Of a DNA stretch of 58,392 bases, positions 38,235 through 47,993 are shown piece by piece (position 1 is the first letter of the stretch; each line of letters opens with the position of its first letter). The notes under the pieces were generated by a model. It did no database searches, was not told where the DNA came from, and worked only from the letters and a program-made list of their open reading frames with translations. This DNA is from a virus. Taxonomy: Duplodnaviria > Caudoviricetes. Where the stretch lies: positions 1 through 58,392 of IMG/VR virus record IMGVR_UViG_3300021427_000036; one strand, written 5' to 3'. Made by a program: the position numbers and the translations under genes.

Positions 38235-38840
38235 TCAGGTGTCGTCGATGTCGATTTCCTCCAGATCGTCGTCGTCTTCTTCGACGGGAGGAGCGGGCCG
38301 CTTCTTCTTGGTCCTCGGTGGAGGAGCTTCCTCTTCCTCATCCTCGTCGTCATCGACGGGGGCAGGCTTCGCCTTGCGCTTCGGAGGTGGTGCCTCGTCC
38401 TCTTCGTCCTCCACATCCTCGTCGGTCTCGTCGGGAACATCGTCCTCTTCGAGTTCGCTGACGGGAAAAGTCGCCTGGACAACAGACTTCAGCTTGCCCT
38501 CGTATTCGTCGTCCTCGAGCGTGACCGCAATAGTCTTCCCAACAACGATGTTCGGGTTCACCTTCACCCGCTTTTTGGGCACGTTCACCCCGGCTGCGAC
38601 CAGGAGATTCCTGATCTTCCAGAGCGAAGATTCCTCGTGCTTGCAGTAGTAGGGATAACTCGCCCCATTGACCACGATGGTGAAAAGCCACTGCGGCTTC
38701 CCATCCTTCTTGGATTCAGCATCCACCACTGCAGTGACCTTGGCCCTGTAGTCCCCTGCCACCTGTCGGCGGGGATTGAAGACTCCGGCATCTTTCACAT
38801 TGGTGAAGTCGAATACCCCTGATGTGGCTTGTTCAGCCAT
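38235..38840 (-). CDS. Single-stranded DNA-binding protein (DUF669-like) with acidic tail
   Basis: GDYRAKVTAV...SLWKIRNLL...DDEYEGK; long D/E tail; next to the AAA ATPase. Confidence 0.75.
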   Translation of the reverse strand: MAEQATSGVFDFTNVKDAGVFNPRRQVAGDYRAKVTAVVDAESKKDGKPQWLFTIVVNGASYPYYCKHEESSLWKIRNLLVAAGVNVPKKRVKVNPNIVVGKTIAVTLEDDEYEGKLKSVVQATFPVSELEEDDVPDETDEDVEDEEDEAPPPKRKAKPAPVDDDEDEEEEAPPPRTKKKRPAPPVEEDDDDLEEIDIDDT

Positions 38841-38844
38841 ACTT

Positions 38845-39675
38845 TTATTCTCCTTGCTCTATGAGTGTTACCAACTTCGGTAACGTGGGCCTTTTGATCA
38901 TGTCTGGTAGCGACCAATCGCTTCGGAAACCAGTGTCGTACTTCTCATGCAGTCCGATCTGCAAGCGGCGTTGTTTTACTGGACCTACCTTTCCCTCGAC
39001 CGTCACTACGTAAAGCCTGCCGATGACTTCAGCCATGGCATTGATCGTAGCTCTTACTCCATCCGGAAGTGCAGCAACGAAGTATGCATCGGTGGCGTCT
39101 GACTCTGCATCATCGTCAAAGGAGTTGGTGGAAGTGATCATCTTCTCCTGCGACGTGTAGTAGACATGCATCGGTAGACTATGGAACTTGATGAGCATCT
39201 CTTTCATCAGCTCATTGGCTTTACCATAGTCTCGGCGATCAACAATGCCGGGAATCCGGTCAAGATTTCGAGCCTCTTCCACTTTCATCACATACTTCAA
39301 AGCCTTGTTGTGAATTCTCGTCAACCCATCGGGAGAAACCCAAGTGAAGGGCGTGGAAGATTCACCCTGCACAATGTGATTGGGAGAAAGTTTGCCGGTT
39401 CGAAGAGCACCGTAGACATCCTCTATATCAGCCCAGCTTTCGATAGGCCACACAAAGGGATCGAGTTGTTTCATCAAATCCGTGCCTTCTTCTGGGTCGA
39501 TCATGAGTATATTATCACGACCGGCACTGAGACCCAAACGAGTTTTGCCCTTCTTGTTCCGACTATAAACAAAGATCCTTCTCCAGGATTTCTTTCGGCT
39601 GGGGGTGTGGCCCTTGACGCGGGCGAGAGCGAGGTAATCTTTCTCTGTCTTAGCAGTTCTAGTAGTAGCCATCAT
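38845..39675 (-). CDS. AAA_24 / Sak4-like ATPase
   Basis: VYSRNKKGKT, IDPEEGT, RRDYG. Confidence 0.75.
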   Translation of the reverse strand: MMATTRTAKTEKDYLALARVKGHTPSRKKSWRRIFVYSRNKKGKTRLGLSAGRDNILMIDPEEGTDLMKQLDPFVWPIESWADIEDVYGALRTGKLSPNHIVQGESSTPFTWVSPDGLTRIHNKALKYVMKVEEARNLDRIPGIVDRRDYGKANELMKEMLIKFHSLPMHVYYTSQEKMITSTNSFDDDAESDATDAYFVAALPDGVRATINAMAEVIGRLYVVTVEGKVGPVKQRRLQIGLHEKYDTGFRSDWSLPDMIKRPTLPKLVTLIEQGE

Positions 39676-40778
39676 TCACCTCCTTCCTGGCCGGGTCGTT
39701 CGTCATTGTAATAGTCGAGGGGATCAGCAAGCTTGTACCGTTGCTTGCGTAGAAGGGTAGTATCAGATCCGAACAGTTCCATGGTACAGAGGTCAGTGAA
39801 ACTGCATGAGAAGAGGCAAGATCGATCCGGCACTCGTTCAACCGAATTCACCTTGTCCCAACGGTAAGAGTTCATGCGGACGTGGGTAGCAAACCCCTCA
39901 TTAGCCATACGCTTCAACAGTGGAGGTGTCTTCTCGATGATGTCGCGTCGGAAGTGAGGAGAGGTTTGCATCTCACCCGGTAGGTACTGTCGAGCCTTCA
40001 GTACCTTGAGCATATAAGCGTAGTCTTTTGGGTCGAACCCATTCTTCTTGATCGCTTTGACGAGGGTGGGGAAGTCGGTATTCATCAACCCCGGCTTTTT
40101 GAACCGAGTACCACTCTGCAACAACTCCGGCACGTTTGGTGGTTTGCTGAGCATGTAATTCCAGATGTGACCCTGTACTGGAATCTTGTTCTTGAGTGCT
40201 GCCCAGATGTAAAGAGCTGACTGAGCATCCAGGATACGGAAGTCAAGCCGAGGCAGAGTCTTGTGACTCTTATGGTCAACAACCCATAACCCATACTGGT
40301 TCTCGATCAGCATATCTATGCGACAGCGGTAGACATTACCATCAGGGAGTTCGACCTCTAAAGTAAACTCAACCTCGTGAACAATCCACGGATCGTTCTT
40401 GTAATGCCAGCGATAACAAATGTAGGTTCTCCACACATCACGGGGCAGGTCACCGAGTTCCTCCCGCTCTTCCTCGAAGAGTTCGGAGAACTGCCTAGTG
40501 AAGTCACGATGGACTGCTTCGACATCGCCACCCTTGTAATCAGTCTCCAGGAGTTTGTGGATCCAAGTACCAAAGCGAAGCGGACGGTTCACGACCTTCG
40601 GCTTCAAGCGTTGTATGTACTTGTACTCGAACTGCTTGGGGCATCGACGAAACGACTTCATCATCGAGTGCGTGCTAATCCCCTTCCCCGTTTCCGGATC
40701 GAGGTACACGGGCTCACCAGGGACCCACACCCTATCCAGTCCACTCAACCGGACAGGAGTAATAGTCTCAGAAGTCAT
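39672..40778 (-). CDS. PD-(D/E)XK (RecB/Cas4-like) exonuclease
   Basis: SMMKSFRRCPK, GTWIH, RIDMLI, VVDHKS, QSALY, terminal Cys. Confidence 0.85.
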   Translation of the reverse strand: MTSETITPVRLSGLDRVWVPGEPVYLDPETGKGISTHSMMKSFRRCPKQFEYKYIQRLKPKVVNRPLRFGTWIHKLLETDYKGGDVEAVHRDFTRQFSELFEEEREELGDLPRDVWRTYICYRWHYKNDPWIVHEVEFTLEVELPDGNVYRCRIDMLIENQYGLWVVDHKSHKTLPRLDFRILDAQSALYIWAALKNKIPVQGHIWNYMLSKPPNVPELLQSGTRFKKPGLMNTDFPTLVKAIKKNGFDPKDYAYMLKVLKARQYLPGEMQTSPHFRRDIIEKTPPLLKRMANEGFATHVRMNSYRWDKVNSVERVPDRSCLFSCSFTDLCTMELFGSDTTLLRKQRYKLADPLDYYNDERPGQEGGE

Positions 40779-40810
40779 CGTCGATGCCCCTTTGCATTAC
40801 TACCATCATA

Positions 40811-41274
40811 TCATTTCTCGTTTCCGCCCGTCAAATCGCTCGTTCCCGGCCGATCAACTGTCCGATACTCAAGGAACTCTTCGGTGCAACCGTTGAGATA
40901 AATTACCATGTCACTCCGAACATCCTTGTCCATGTCATCATTCGCATGGACTTCACTTCGTGCCTTGAGTTCCTCCATCAGTTCTCGGGTCGATGCACAT
41001 CCGAGGTTTGCTTCATTGAAGCTCATGATGCCTGCTTTCCAATCCAGTCTTGTACTTCTTGAGCAACTGCCAAGTATTCCTCACTGGGATCCATTCGTTG
41101 TTCTTGACCTGGGACATAGGCATCCCAAATCTTGGCACGAAGATACACCGGCAACTTGAACCAATGCTTCTTGCACCCCCACATGGCTGGAGGAACTTCA
41201 ATTTTGCAGCCAGGCCAATGGCATGTGTGGCCTCTGCTTTGAGGCTGAGCCTTGACGTAATCTGCTTTGCTCAT
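40811..41274 (-). CDS. Two small hypothetical ORFs (41274-41023 HTCHWPGC type; 41026-40811)
   Basis: ATGA overlaps with polA and with each other. Confidence 0.65.
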
Positions 41275-43826
41275 GCTGCCTTCCTTTCTTCTATAAACTC
41301 GTCCCAGTATTTCTCGAAGTTGTAGACTTGGTCGTCGTTTAGTTCCTTAGCATCACCCCAGTGACTCCCGACTTTCAAGTCCGCAACGATCGGGATGTCT
41401 AGGTCACAACCGAACTTCTTCTTGAGCGGGAGATTCTCCATCGTTCGTTTGATGATGGGCAGTGCTCGAGCAAGGTCCTCGTTCTTAATCTCGAAGTTGA
41501 TCGCGTCGTGAACTAGCCCCAAGGTGTGGCCTTGAATTCCCAGCCGCTTAAACTCCGCATCTATCTCAATCATGGCTATGACGTTCATATCTGAGGCCAT
41601 GCTCTGGACTGGGGAGTTGATTGCCTGTCGCTCGGCTTCATCACGAACTATCTTCTCGGCACTAAAGATGTCAGGGAGATGTCGGATTCGCCCGATGGGT
41701 GACTGAACCCTGCCGTACTGGTTGACGAGTCGTCGTTGCCGAGCATGCCACCCCAGGAAGCCAGGATACATATCGAAGAATGCGATCCTCGATGCTCTTG
41801 CCTCGTCCTCCGAGAAGTCGATGCCGTACTTTTCCTTGGCTGTCTTGATGAACTTCTTCCACCACATACCATAGAGGTATCCGAAGTTCACTGGTTTCGC
41901 AGCCTTGCGTTCTTCCTTGGTGATCTGAGACTTGGACTTTCCCGTCATCTTAGATGCCATCTCAGCGTGGACATCTACTCCGTTTCGGATAAGCCAAAGC
42001 CCATATCGGTCTCTAGAAATGTATACAGCAAGTCGGAATTCAATCTGTCCAAAGTCAGCCTCGACGAAGGTTGAGCCCGGAGGAGCTCCAAATAACCCGC
42101 GGATGAAGGGATCTCTTGGGACTTGTTGAAGATTAACACCTCGCCCTCGATCACGGGAGGCTGTGATTTTCTCCTCATCTTCCTTGCCACTAGATAAACG
42201 TCCAGTGACTGTTCCGGCGAGCTTAAACACAGTATGTATTCTGTCGTCATCCCCGATCACCTCTGAGTATCTCGAAACATAAGTCGAACAATACTTCTGC
42301 CACTTCGATCGTTCCTTTAACAGGTTCAAGACGGGGTGGTCAGGGTACAGGTCATTGAGTGCGATCATAGAGGCTTCAGCAAGAGATGGATCACCTGGAT
42401 CACCATTCTCTTTCTTCTTACCACGCTCGATGACGGGAAACTCAAGGTACTCGAAGATGAACCACCGCATCCAGTTGCTAGCATTGAAGTTCACTTCAGC
42501 TGGTTTCTGTCGCTTCCCCATAAGCGGCCAACCATCAGTTCCAGGCTCGGGTGCAAACTCAAGCAACTGTCGGTCTAGTTCATCACGCATGTCAAACGCG
42601 ATCTTTGTAGCCGTGGCCAATCTCTCCCGATCGGCCCAGATACCCCGCATTTCCACACCGATGAGAATCTCGTTTGCTGGCATGGTCATCAGCTTGAAGA
42701 TTCGTAACAGTCGTGGCTTAGCTATCAAGTCTTTCCGCAAGACTAGATAGATGTGGTAGGTATAGAATGTGTCGAGGCAGTTGTAGTTGTAGATCCTTTG
42801 TAGGGGTGTGTGGAGCAAGTCCTTAGTGTCAATCCCCCACGGTGCTACTCCTAACAACATTCGACCCAGTGGCTTGAGTCCCTTCAACCGATTCTCGTCG
42901 AGCAAATGAGCAGCAAGCATGGTGTCGAAGGTAACACGCATGTTCACTCCTCGAGAACGCATCCACTTGGCATCGAACTTGCCATTGTGAGCGATCTGTT
43001 TAGGCACCCCCTCGAGCGCCGGTTTCAAGAACATCAAGACCTTCTGCCACACCCTCCTGAATGGGCTTTGGGGATGGTACAGCGGGATTACCCACGTTAG
43101 TAGTTTCTCAGTACCGAAGTCATCATACAACATCGTACCGGACAAGGTAACGATTCCACCATTGGGATCCCACTCATCGAGCCCTGCAGTCTCGACGTCG
43201 TAAGAGATAAGGCTAGCCTTTTCAATCTTACGTTTAAGAACCTTCAGCTTTTGCTGAGTGTCAACGATCGCTATCTTCGGTGGCTTGATCTTCCCCGCAT
43301 ACCCATGGATAGTCGATCCGAACAACTGGAGATCAGCTTGCCAAGCCCCTTTCTGACCCGGGTTTCTAGTAACTGAAGCTGGAGAAACAGTGGTGAGGAT
43401 TTGAGCTCCATGCTTAACTTCAACTCTACCCCTCCATTTCATGATCCCAGAGTGACCAAGCAAAGCAGTCAAGGCTTCATTACCAAACCCCAGAATGAAC
43501 TTAGGCTTGACCATCTCTATCTCTTGTAGGAGATAGGTTTCTGAACAGACCTTGATATCCTTACGACCAGGGTCCACATCGAAAGCCCTACACTTCATGA
43601 CTGAAGTGAAGAAAACACGATCCAGTTCAATCCCTACCTCTTGCAGAGCTATCTCGATCATGTCCTGGTACATTGGACCATTCGGCATGCGAGATACGAC
43701 CATGATGTCGGCATCATTCCGACCAATTCCAGGCTCGCACACATCACCAGTGTACTGATGTAGCTTACACAGCTTGCAGTTTTGATCGTAGTTGATCGGG
43801 AATAGATCAGGGTCTATTGCGATCAT
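41271..43826 (-). CDS. polA: Family A DNA polymerase with N-terminal UDG-like domain and 3'-5' exonuclease
   Basis: CKLC/KCR Fe-S Cys; exo YDVET, HNGKFD, FDTM; TGRLSS; motif A ADFGQIEFR; motif B RKAAKPVNFG; motif C VHDA. Confidence 0.95.
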   Translation of the reverse strand: MIAIDPDLFPINYDQNCKLCKLHQYTGDVCEPGIGRNDADIMVVSRMPNGPMYQDMIEIALQEVGIELDRVFFTSVMKCRAFDVDPGRKDIKVCSETYLLQEIEMVKPKFILGFGNEALTALLGHSGIMKWRGRVEVKHGAQILTTVSPASVTRNPGQKGAWQADLQLFGSTIHGYAGKIKPPKIAIVDTQQKLKVLKRKIEKASLISYDVETAGLDEWDPNGGIVTLSGTMLYDDFGTEKLLTWVIPLYHPQSPFRRVWQKVLMFLKPALEGVPKQIAHNGKFDAKWMRSRGVNMRVTFDTMLAAHLLDENRLKGLKPLGRMLLGVAPWGIDTKDLLHTPLQRIYNYNCLDTFYTYHIYLVLRKDLIAKPRLLRIFKLMTMPANEILIGVEMRGIWADRERLATATKIAFDMRDELDRQLLEFAPEPGTDGWPLMGKRQKPAEVNFNASNWMRWFIFEYLEFPVIERGKKKENGDPGDPSLAEASMIALNDLYPDHPVLNLLKERSKWQKYCSTYVSRYSEVIGDDDRIHTVFKLAGTVTGRLSSGKEDEEKITASRDRGRGVNLQQVPRDPFIRGLFGAPPGSTFVEADFGQIEFRLAVYISRDRYGLWLIRNGVDVHAEMASKMTGKSKSQITKEERKAAKPVNFGYLYGMWWKKFIKTAKEKYGIDFSEDEARASRIAFFDMYPGFLGWHARQRRLVNQYGRVQSPIGRIRHLPDIFSAEKIVRDEAERQAINSPVQSMASDMNVIAMIEIDAEFKRLGIQGHTLGLVHDAINFEIKNEDLARALPIIKRTMENLPLKKKFGCDLDIPIVADLKVGSHWGDAKELNDDQVYNFEKYWDEFIEERKAA

Positions 43827-44260
43827 AGCTCTATTATATCAATCCCTGCTTGCTGGAGCAATATCTCCCCATCTTTTATTCTGTAGTCGGTATGGTAATA
43901 AACAGAGGTGATGCCCGCGTTGACGATGAGTTCAGCACACTTGAGACAAGGGAGATGAGTGCAATAAAGACTAGCCCGTCGTGTTCTAATACCATGTCGT
44001 GCGGCGAAAGCAATGCAGTTAGCTTCCGCATGGACTGCTCGAAGACATCCCGTATCGGCGGTTCGGTCAAGCTCCGTACACCCATTGGGATCGGTGCAGT
44101 GAGGGAGCCCGGAGGGAGGACCATTGTAACCTGTGACAAGAACTCTGCCGTTTCTTGCGATGACAGCACCAACTTGAGCTCGAAGACAAGTACCCCGCTG
44201 GGCCACCACGTGAGCGATTTGCATACATATCTCATCTCTAGACAACCGCTCCATATCCAT
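43823..44260 (-). CDS. dCMP deaminase (ComEB-like)
   Basis: TGYNG, HAEAN, PCLKC. Confidence 0.92.
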   Translation of the reverse strand: MDMERLSRDEICMQIAHVVAQRGTCLRAQVGAVIARNGRVLVTGYNGPPSGLPHCTDPNGCTELDRTADTGCLRAVHAEANCIAFAARHGIRTRRASLYCTHLPCLKCAELIVNAGITSVYYHTDYRIKDGEILLQQAGIDIIEL

Positions 44261-45065
44261 TCTCCCACTCTTCATCTTCCCACTTGCCCAGCATGTATTG
44301 GATCCTTTCGTAGTCACCTCGGAATACGTGGAGACTTGAGATGTGCATCACTAGCTGCATGGATCGAGCCAACCCCACCCCTAATTGATCCAGCATCCAC
44401 TGAAGCAGTCGTGCAGCCATGTATACATCATCAGTGAAGTGCCGTAACAAGTCACAGGAACGAATGTAGTATACGATGTCCGCTCGCCAAGGTCGGATCA
44501 GGAAGTGATAGCCCAGGGTACACGGTACCCGCTGACCATATACCGCACCTGTATCTTCGGGAAACCAGATGGGTAAGAATGCTTGGCGAGTCATTGGATT
44601 TCGCTTGAGCTGATTGACTACATCTTTCAGGTCTCCGTACTCATACCGAACACCCATCATCCTGAACCTTGTCCGCTGAGGTCCATTCTCTATTTGGGCT
44701 TGCTTTGGCCACATTCGTTCTGGGTATGAGTGACTGAACTTTCCGTCAACCTTGTGTTCAGTATTTTGTACCCGAGCATAGGGCCACCATGCCTCGGAAG
44801 GTGGAGGGTTGAGTGGCTTCCCAGAGACTCGTTCCAGAAAATGATCCTCAGCCCATGGTCGGCTCAAGGTGGCACCCATGAAGTCGTCCAGCGATGACTT
44901 GAGCATAGGAATTTCCATCTCGAATCGCTGATGCGTTAACTCTCGACTGATCATTTCCGGATTCGTACGGACGTCCTGGGATTGCCATTCACCGACTTCC
45001 ACTTCGACGCCTTCACGCATAACATCACGAAGGAATCGGTGAAGAGCATGTTCAAAGGGTGTCAT
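44238..45065 (-). CDS. Thymidylate-synthase-fold enzyme, cytosine-type (putative dCMP methylase/hydroxymethylase)
   Basis: TRQA, VPCTLGYHF, RSCDLLRHFTDD, HISSLHVF. Confidence 0.8.
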   Translation of the reverse strand: MTPFEHALHRFLRDVMREGVEVEVGEWQSQDVRTNPEMISRELTHQRFEMEIPMLKSSLDDFMGATLSRPWAEDHFLERVSGKPLNPPPSEAWWPYARVQNTEHKVDGKFSHSYPERMWPKQAQIENGPQRTRFRMMGVRYEYGDLKDVVNQLKRNPMTRQAFLPIWFPEDTGAVYGQRVPCTLGYHFLIRPWRADIVYYIRSCDLLRHFTDDVYMAARLLQWMLDQLGVGLARSMQLVMHISSLHVFRGDYERIQYMLGKWEDEEWENGYGAVV

Positions 45066-45379
45066 TAGTCCTCACTTAAGACAAACTCTAATTCTTCTGC
45101 TTCACCGACCCGAGCCAGGTATAGATAGAGGGCAAGGATCCGATCAGGGTCATCTTTCAATAACCCTAAAGCCATATTACAGTTCCCGCAAAGAAGACCT
45201 CTGAAGTATCCTGTTCTATGGCTATGGTCTCGGTGAAGTTGTCGATTGGTAGGTGGAGTTTGACAAGCAGCACATCCCCCACTCTGTTTGGCTAACTCAC
45301 CATCGTAGTCCAGGCCTTGCCTAAGTCTACGTTGTCGTTTTTGACGGGCATTGTAGGCTTCTCGATCTTTTCTCATCAA
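45065..45379 (-). CDS. Endonuclease VII-family nuclease
   Basis: CAAC...DHSH..G..RGLLCGNCN. Confidence 0.85.
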   Translation of the reverse strand: MMRKDREAYNARQKRQRRLRQGLDYDGELAKQSGGCAACQTPPTNRQLHRDHSHRTGYFRGLLCGNCNMALGLLKDDPDRILALYLYLARVGEAEELEFVLSED

Positions 45380-46458
45380 TCCTCATCCAGATCGTTGAAC
45401 TCGACTAGGTCTCCTTGCACCAACATCGGAGCACCTAGACTACCTGGAGCCCAAGGCAAATGAATGCCTTTGAAGTCTAAGTCGGAGATAAAACACGTAT
45501 CCAAGGGTTTGTATGCCCGGAAGAACTCTTTCGGCTCTCCCTTGAGTGCCCCTTTCTTATGGTATGACCACCCCTCAAACTGCTGCGCCCGCTCATACCC
45601 AAGGACCTCTGTGTGGTATCGGCGTCGGATTCTCCGATAGGTGTTGTAGGTCATGTCACCCAGCGTCTTACCGTTCTGATCATCTAGGATCAGCTTCTGC
45701 AACCACTTCCTCGTCAGATGCAAGGCAGGTCGTGAGTTCACGTAATCCCAGTCACCCAAGTCACGGAGCTTGGACTCACTGAACCTCAGCCAACGACGGT
45801 ACTCCTTTCGTTTGACCGGGTCAGGATGATTCAACAAATAAGCCATGGACTTGAAGTTGTGGTACTGCATGGCCTCGTTCATCCAAACGAATGCCATATC
45901 TTCCACACCAATTCCCAGCTCGGCAGCCAGATACTTAGCAGCCATCCAGGCAACAGAAATATCAAGCCCAGATAGATAACCGAGATAACTAGTGCGAGAA
46001 TATAGGGTAATTTGCGGTCGTGGCTGCGCCTTGTAGCTAACTGCCAGCATACAGCTTCCCCATCGTCGCGTTTCTTTGTTGCCAAATGCCTCACCTCCTC
46101 GAGCCGCCACGGTCTTGGTTCTCATCAGGGCAATGCCCCGTTCCTTGGTTCCGATGTACTGAGTGCATTTCTCAACCCATCGGATGAATTCGTCTCGATC
46201 GACATACTGCCTGACCATCATAGTCCAGCGAGACGGTGTCAACCAAAGATTCTTCAGGTCAAATTCCCATTCCATCGAGTCCGCTGCGGCGATCACATTG
46301 TGAATTTGTACATCCACACCGCTGATGACATCTAAGCCATTTTCGTCAGCGTGAACGATGTGATGACACAGTTTGTCATGGAGTTGGGTTAGGGTGGGGG
46401 CACGGAATGCTTTCATCAGTCGGGGAGTTTGACCTTTCCGGGGTTTGCTTTTTGCCAT
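45376..46458 (-). CDS. Divergent second thymidylate-synthase-like protein
   Basis: RRWGSCMLAVSY...ITLYSRTSYLGYLSGLD aligns by eye to TS PC...QLYQRSCD...N. Confidence 0.6.
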   Translation of the reverse strand: MAKSKPRKGQTPRLMKAFRAPTLTQLHDKLCHHIVHADENGLDVISGVDVQIHNVIAAADSMEWEFDLKNLWLTPSRWTMMVRQYVDRDEFIRWVEKCTQYIGTKERGIALMRTKTVAARGGEAFGNKETRRWGSCMLAVSYKAQPRPQITLYSRTSYLGYLSGLDISVAWMAAKYLAAELGIGVEDMAFVWMNEAMQYHNFKSMAYLLNHPDPVKRKEYRRWLRFSESKLRDLGDWDYVNSRPALHLTRKWLQKLILDDQNGKTLGDMTYNTYRRIRRRYHTEVLGYERAQQFEGWSYHKKGALKGEPKEFFRAYKPLDTCFISDLDFKGIHLPWAPGSLGAPMLVQGDLVEFNDLDED

Positions 46459-46646
46459 GACCTGAAGTCATTGGCCGCGTCGACAACCGAAGCGAGCTTG
46501 TCACCATCCTGCTGGTAATCCTCCAGCAAGGAGGCATAGTGAACGAGCACCATGACACTGAGAATGTCTTGAGCTCGGAAGATGAAAATGGGTTCGTCTG
46601 GCTGCAGGTGTGCCAAAATCTCCCCTGCCTTACTGGACGTGGTCAC
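46416..46646 (-). CDS. Hypothetical protein (DEPxFxxRAQD type)
   Basis: Overlaps neighbours in the nucleotide operon. Confidence 0.65.
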   Translation of the reverse strand: MTTSSKAGEILAHLQPDEPIFIFRAQDILSVMVLVHYASLLEDYQQDGDKLASVVDAANDFRSWQKANPGKVKLPD

Positions 46647-47049
46647 AATGACCTACCTCTCTGCCGCACTCACGGCATTTCTCTAGCCCGGTATATCCCT
46701 CGATCTGTCGCCGAGCATTCTCAGCATTCTTTTCCATATACATCCGGAAGAACATATCAACCAAGTCACTTGGTTCCATCCCGGTCGCACAGAGGAGCAT
46801 GTTCATGTAGAAATGGAAGGCATCAACCATCTCCCTTACGAACTCAGTAACATTGATTGTACGATCGGTAGCCCAAGGCTTCCACCCAACCTCTTGCATG
46901 GCTTCGTGGATCTCATCCTCCAGAGCAAAGGCATTCCACCGCATGAAGTCTGCCATGTCATTTCCATCCAGGTGACGAGGATCACCTCCCATGTGCCTCC
47001 GTTGGAGCTCAAGTTGAGCCTCCAACATCGTAGTGAAGAAGTCAGGCAT
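46630..47049 (-). CDS. All-alpha dNTP pyrophosphatase (dimeric dUTPase/dCTPase, MazG superfamily)
   Basis: EDEIHEAMQEVGWKPW, EMVDAFHF, KNAENARRQIEGY. Confidence 0.85.
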   Translation of the reverse strand: MPDFFTTMLEAQLELQRRHMGGDPRHLDGNDMADFMRWNAFALEDEIHEAMQEVGWKPWATDRTINVTEFVREMVDAFHFYMNMLLCATGMEPSDLVDMFFRMYMEKNAENARRQIEGYTGLEKCRECGREVGHCDHVQ

Positions 47050-47584
47050 TTCCCATCTCCTTTACTCGGAAGTCAGCCCAACGAAGAAGCTGAGCTAGGT
47101 GAACAAGATCAGGGTTCGTGTAATCCCACACCATCGACGATGAGTTATAGCCGTCTCGAGCATACCAGGCCACATAGCCATAGTAGATTTCCTCGACGTG
47201 TTCGAGAACCTTACCCCCTGAGTTGTCATCTCTTTCCAGATTTGCCTTGACCACCTCGAGCGGAGGCAAACAATAGATGAGGACTGGGTCGATCCGACTC
47301 AGCCTCTTATACTGGATCTTCAACCAGTCAGGGTTTGTCAAGGGATCTACGAACGTTCGGTTCTCCAGCATCATGTAGAGTGGAGAAGAGATGAGGGCAA
47401 AGCGATCGTACAACCGCATGCCGAATCCTTTGGACAACTCATCCTCGATGTACTGCCCCATCGGAAACAATGACTGAGCGTCACTAGTGACTGCCTTCGG
47501 TTCTCGTTGGAGACTCCAGTCAGCCTCTATCCGAGACACGAGGTTGCTCTTGCCGGCGCCATCCGGGCCCTCGACTATAATCAC
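47042..47584 (-). CDS. dNMP (thymidylate-type) kinase
   Basis: IIVEGPDGAGKS, YDR. Confidence 0.85.
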   Translation of the reverse strand: MIIVEGPDGAGKSNLVSRIEADWSLQREPKAVTSDAQSLFPMGQYIEDELSKGFGMRLYDRFALISSPLYMMLENRTFVDPLTNPDWLKIQYKRLSRIDPVLIYCLPPLEVVKANLERDDNSGGKVLEHVEEIYYGYVAWYARDGYNSSSMVWDYTNPDLVHLAQLLRWADFRVKEMGNA

Positions 47585-47922
47585 GTTGGTTTACCTCCTA
47601 GGTATTCGATGATTCGGAAGAGATACTTCTCCACAAAAGCCAACTTGGTATTGCAGCTGTAGCAGAGTAAACCTCTCACTTTGCCGGTTTGATGATCGTG
47701 GTCTACAGCAAGTCGAGTTTTACATTGGCTCTGATGCTTACTACATATAGCACATCGGAAATCTTGAGCCTTCTCCAAAGCTCTAATCTCAGCCTGAGTT
47801 ATCCCCGTTGCCTTAGTGACCTCGCTGTTTGTGGATCGCTGGGCTTGACGACGCTCCCTCTGCTGGTCAAGCTTGCGTTGTTTCTCATGAGGTAACACCA
47901 ATGGGCCACCCCTACGAGTCAT
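47581..47922 (-). CDS. Endonuclease VII-family nuclease
   Basis: CAIC...LAVDHDHQTGKVRGLLCYSCN. Confidence 0.88.
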   Translation of the reverse strand: MTRRGGPLVLPHEKQRKLDQQRERRQAQRSTNSEVTKATGITQAEIRALEKAQDFRCAICSKHQSQCKTRLAVDHDHQTGKVRGLLCYSCNTKLAFVEKYLFRIIEYLGGKPT

Positions 47923-47948
47923 TCCTTACCCCTTTTCGTCTATAGTCA

Positions 47949-47988
47949 ATGCTATCACTTCTCGATTCTCGCGTCAAATGACTCATTC
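47949..47988 (-). promoter_or_regulatory. Nucleotide/polymerase operon promoter with AATGAGTCATT palindrome
   Basis: GAATGAGTCAT-TTGACG-N17-TAGCAT with TG extension. Confidence 0.72.
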
Positions 47989-47993
47989 CTGAG

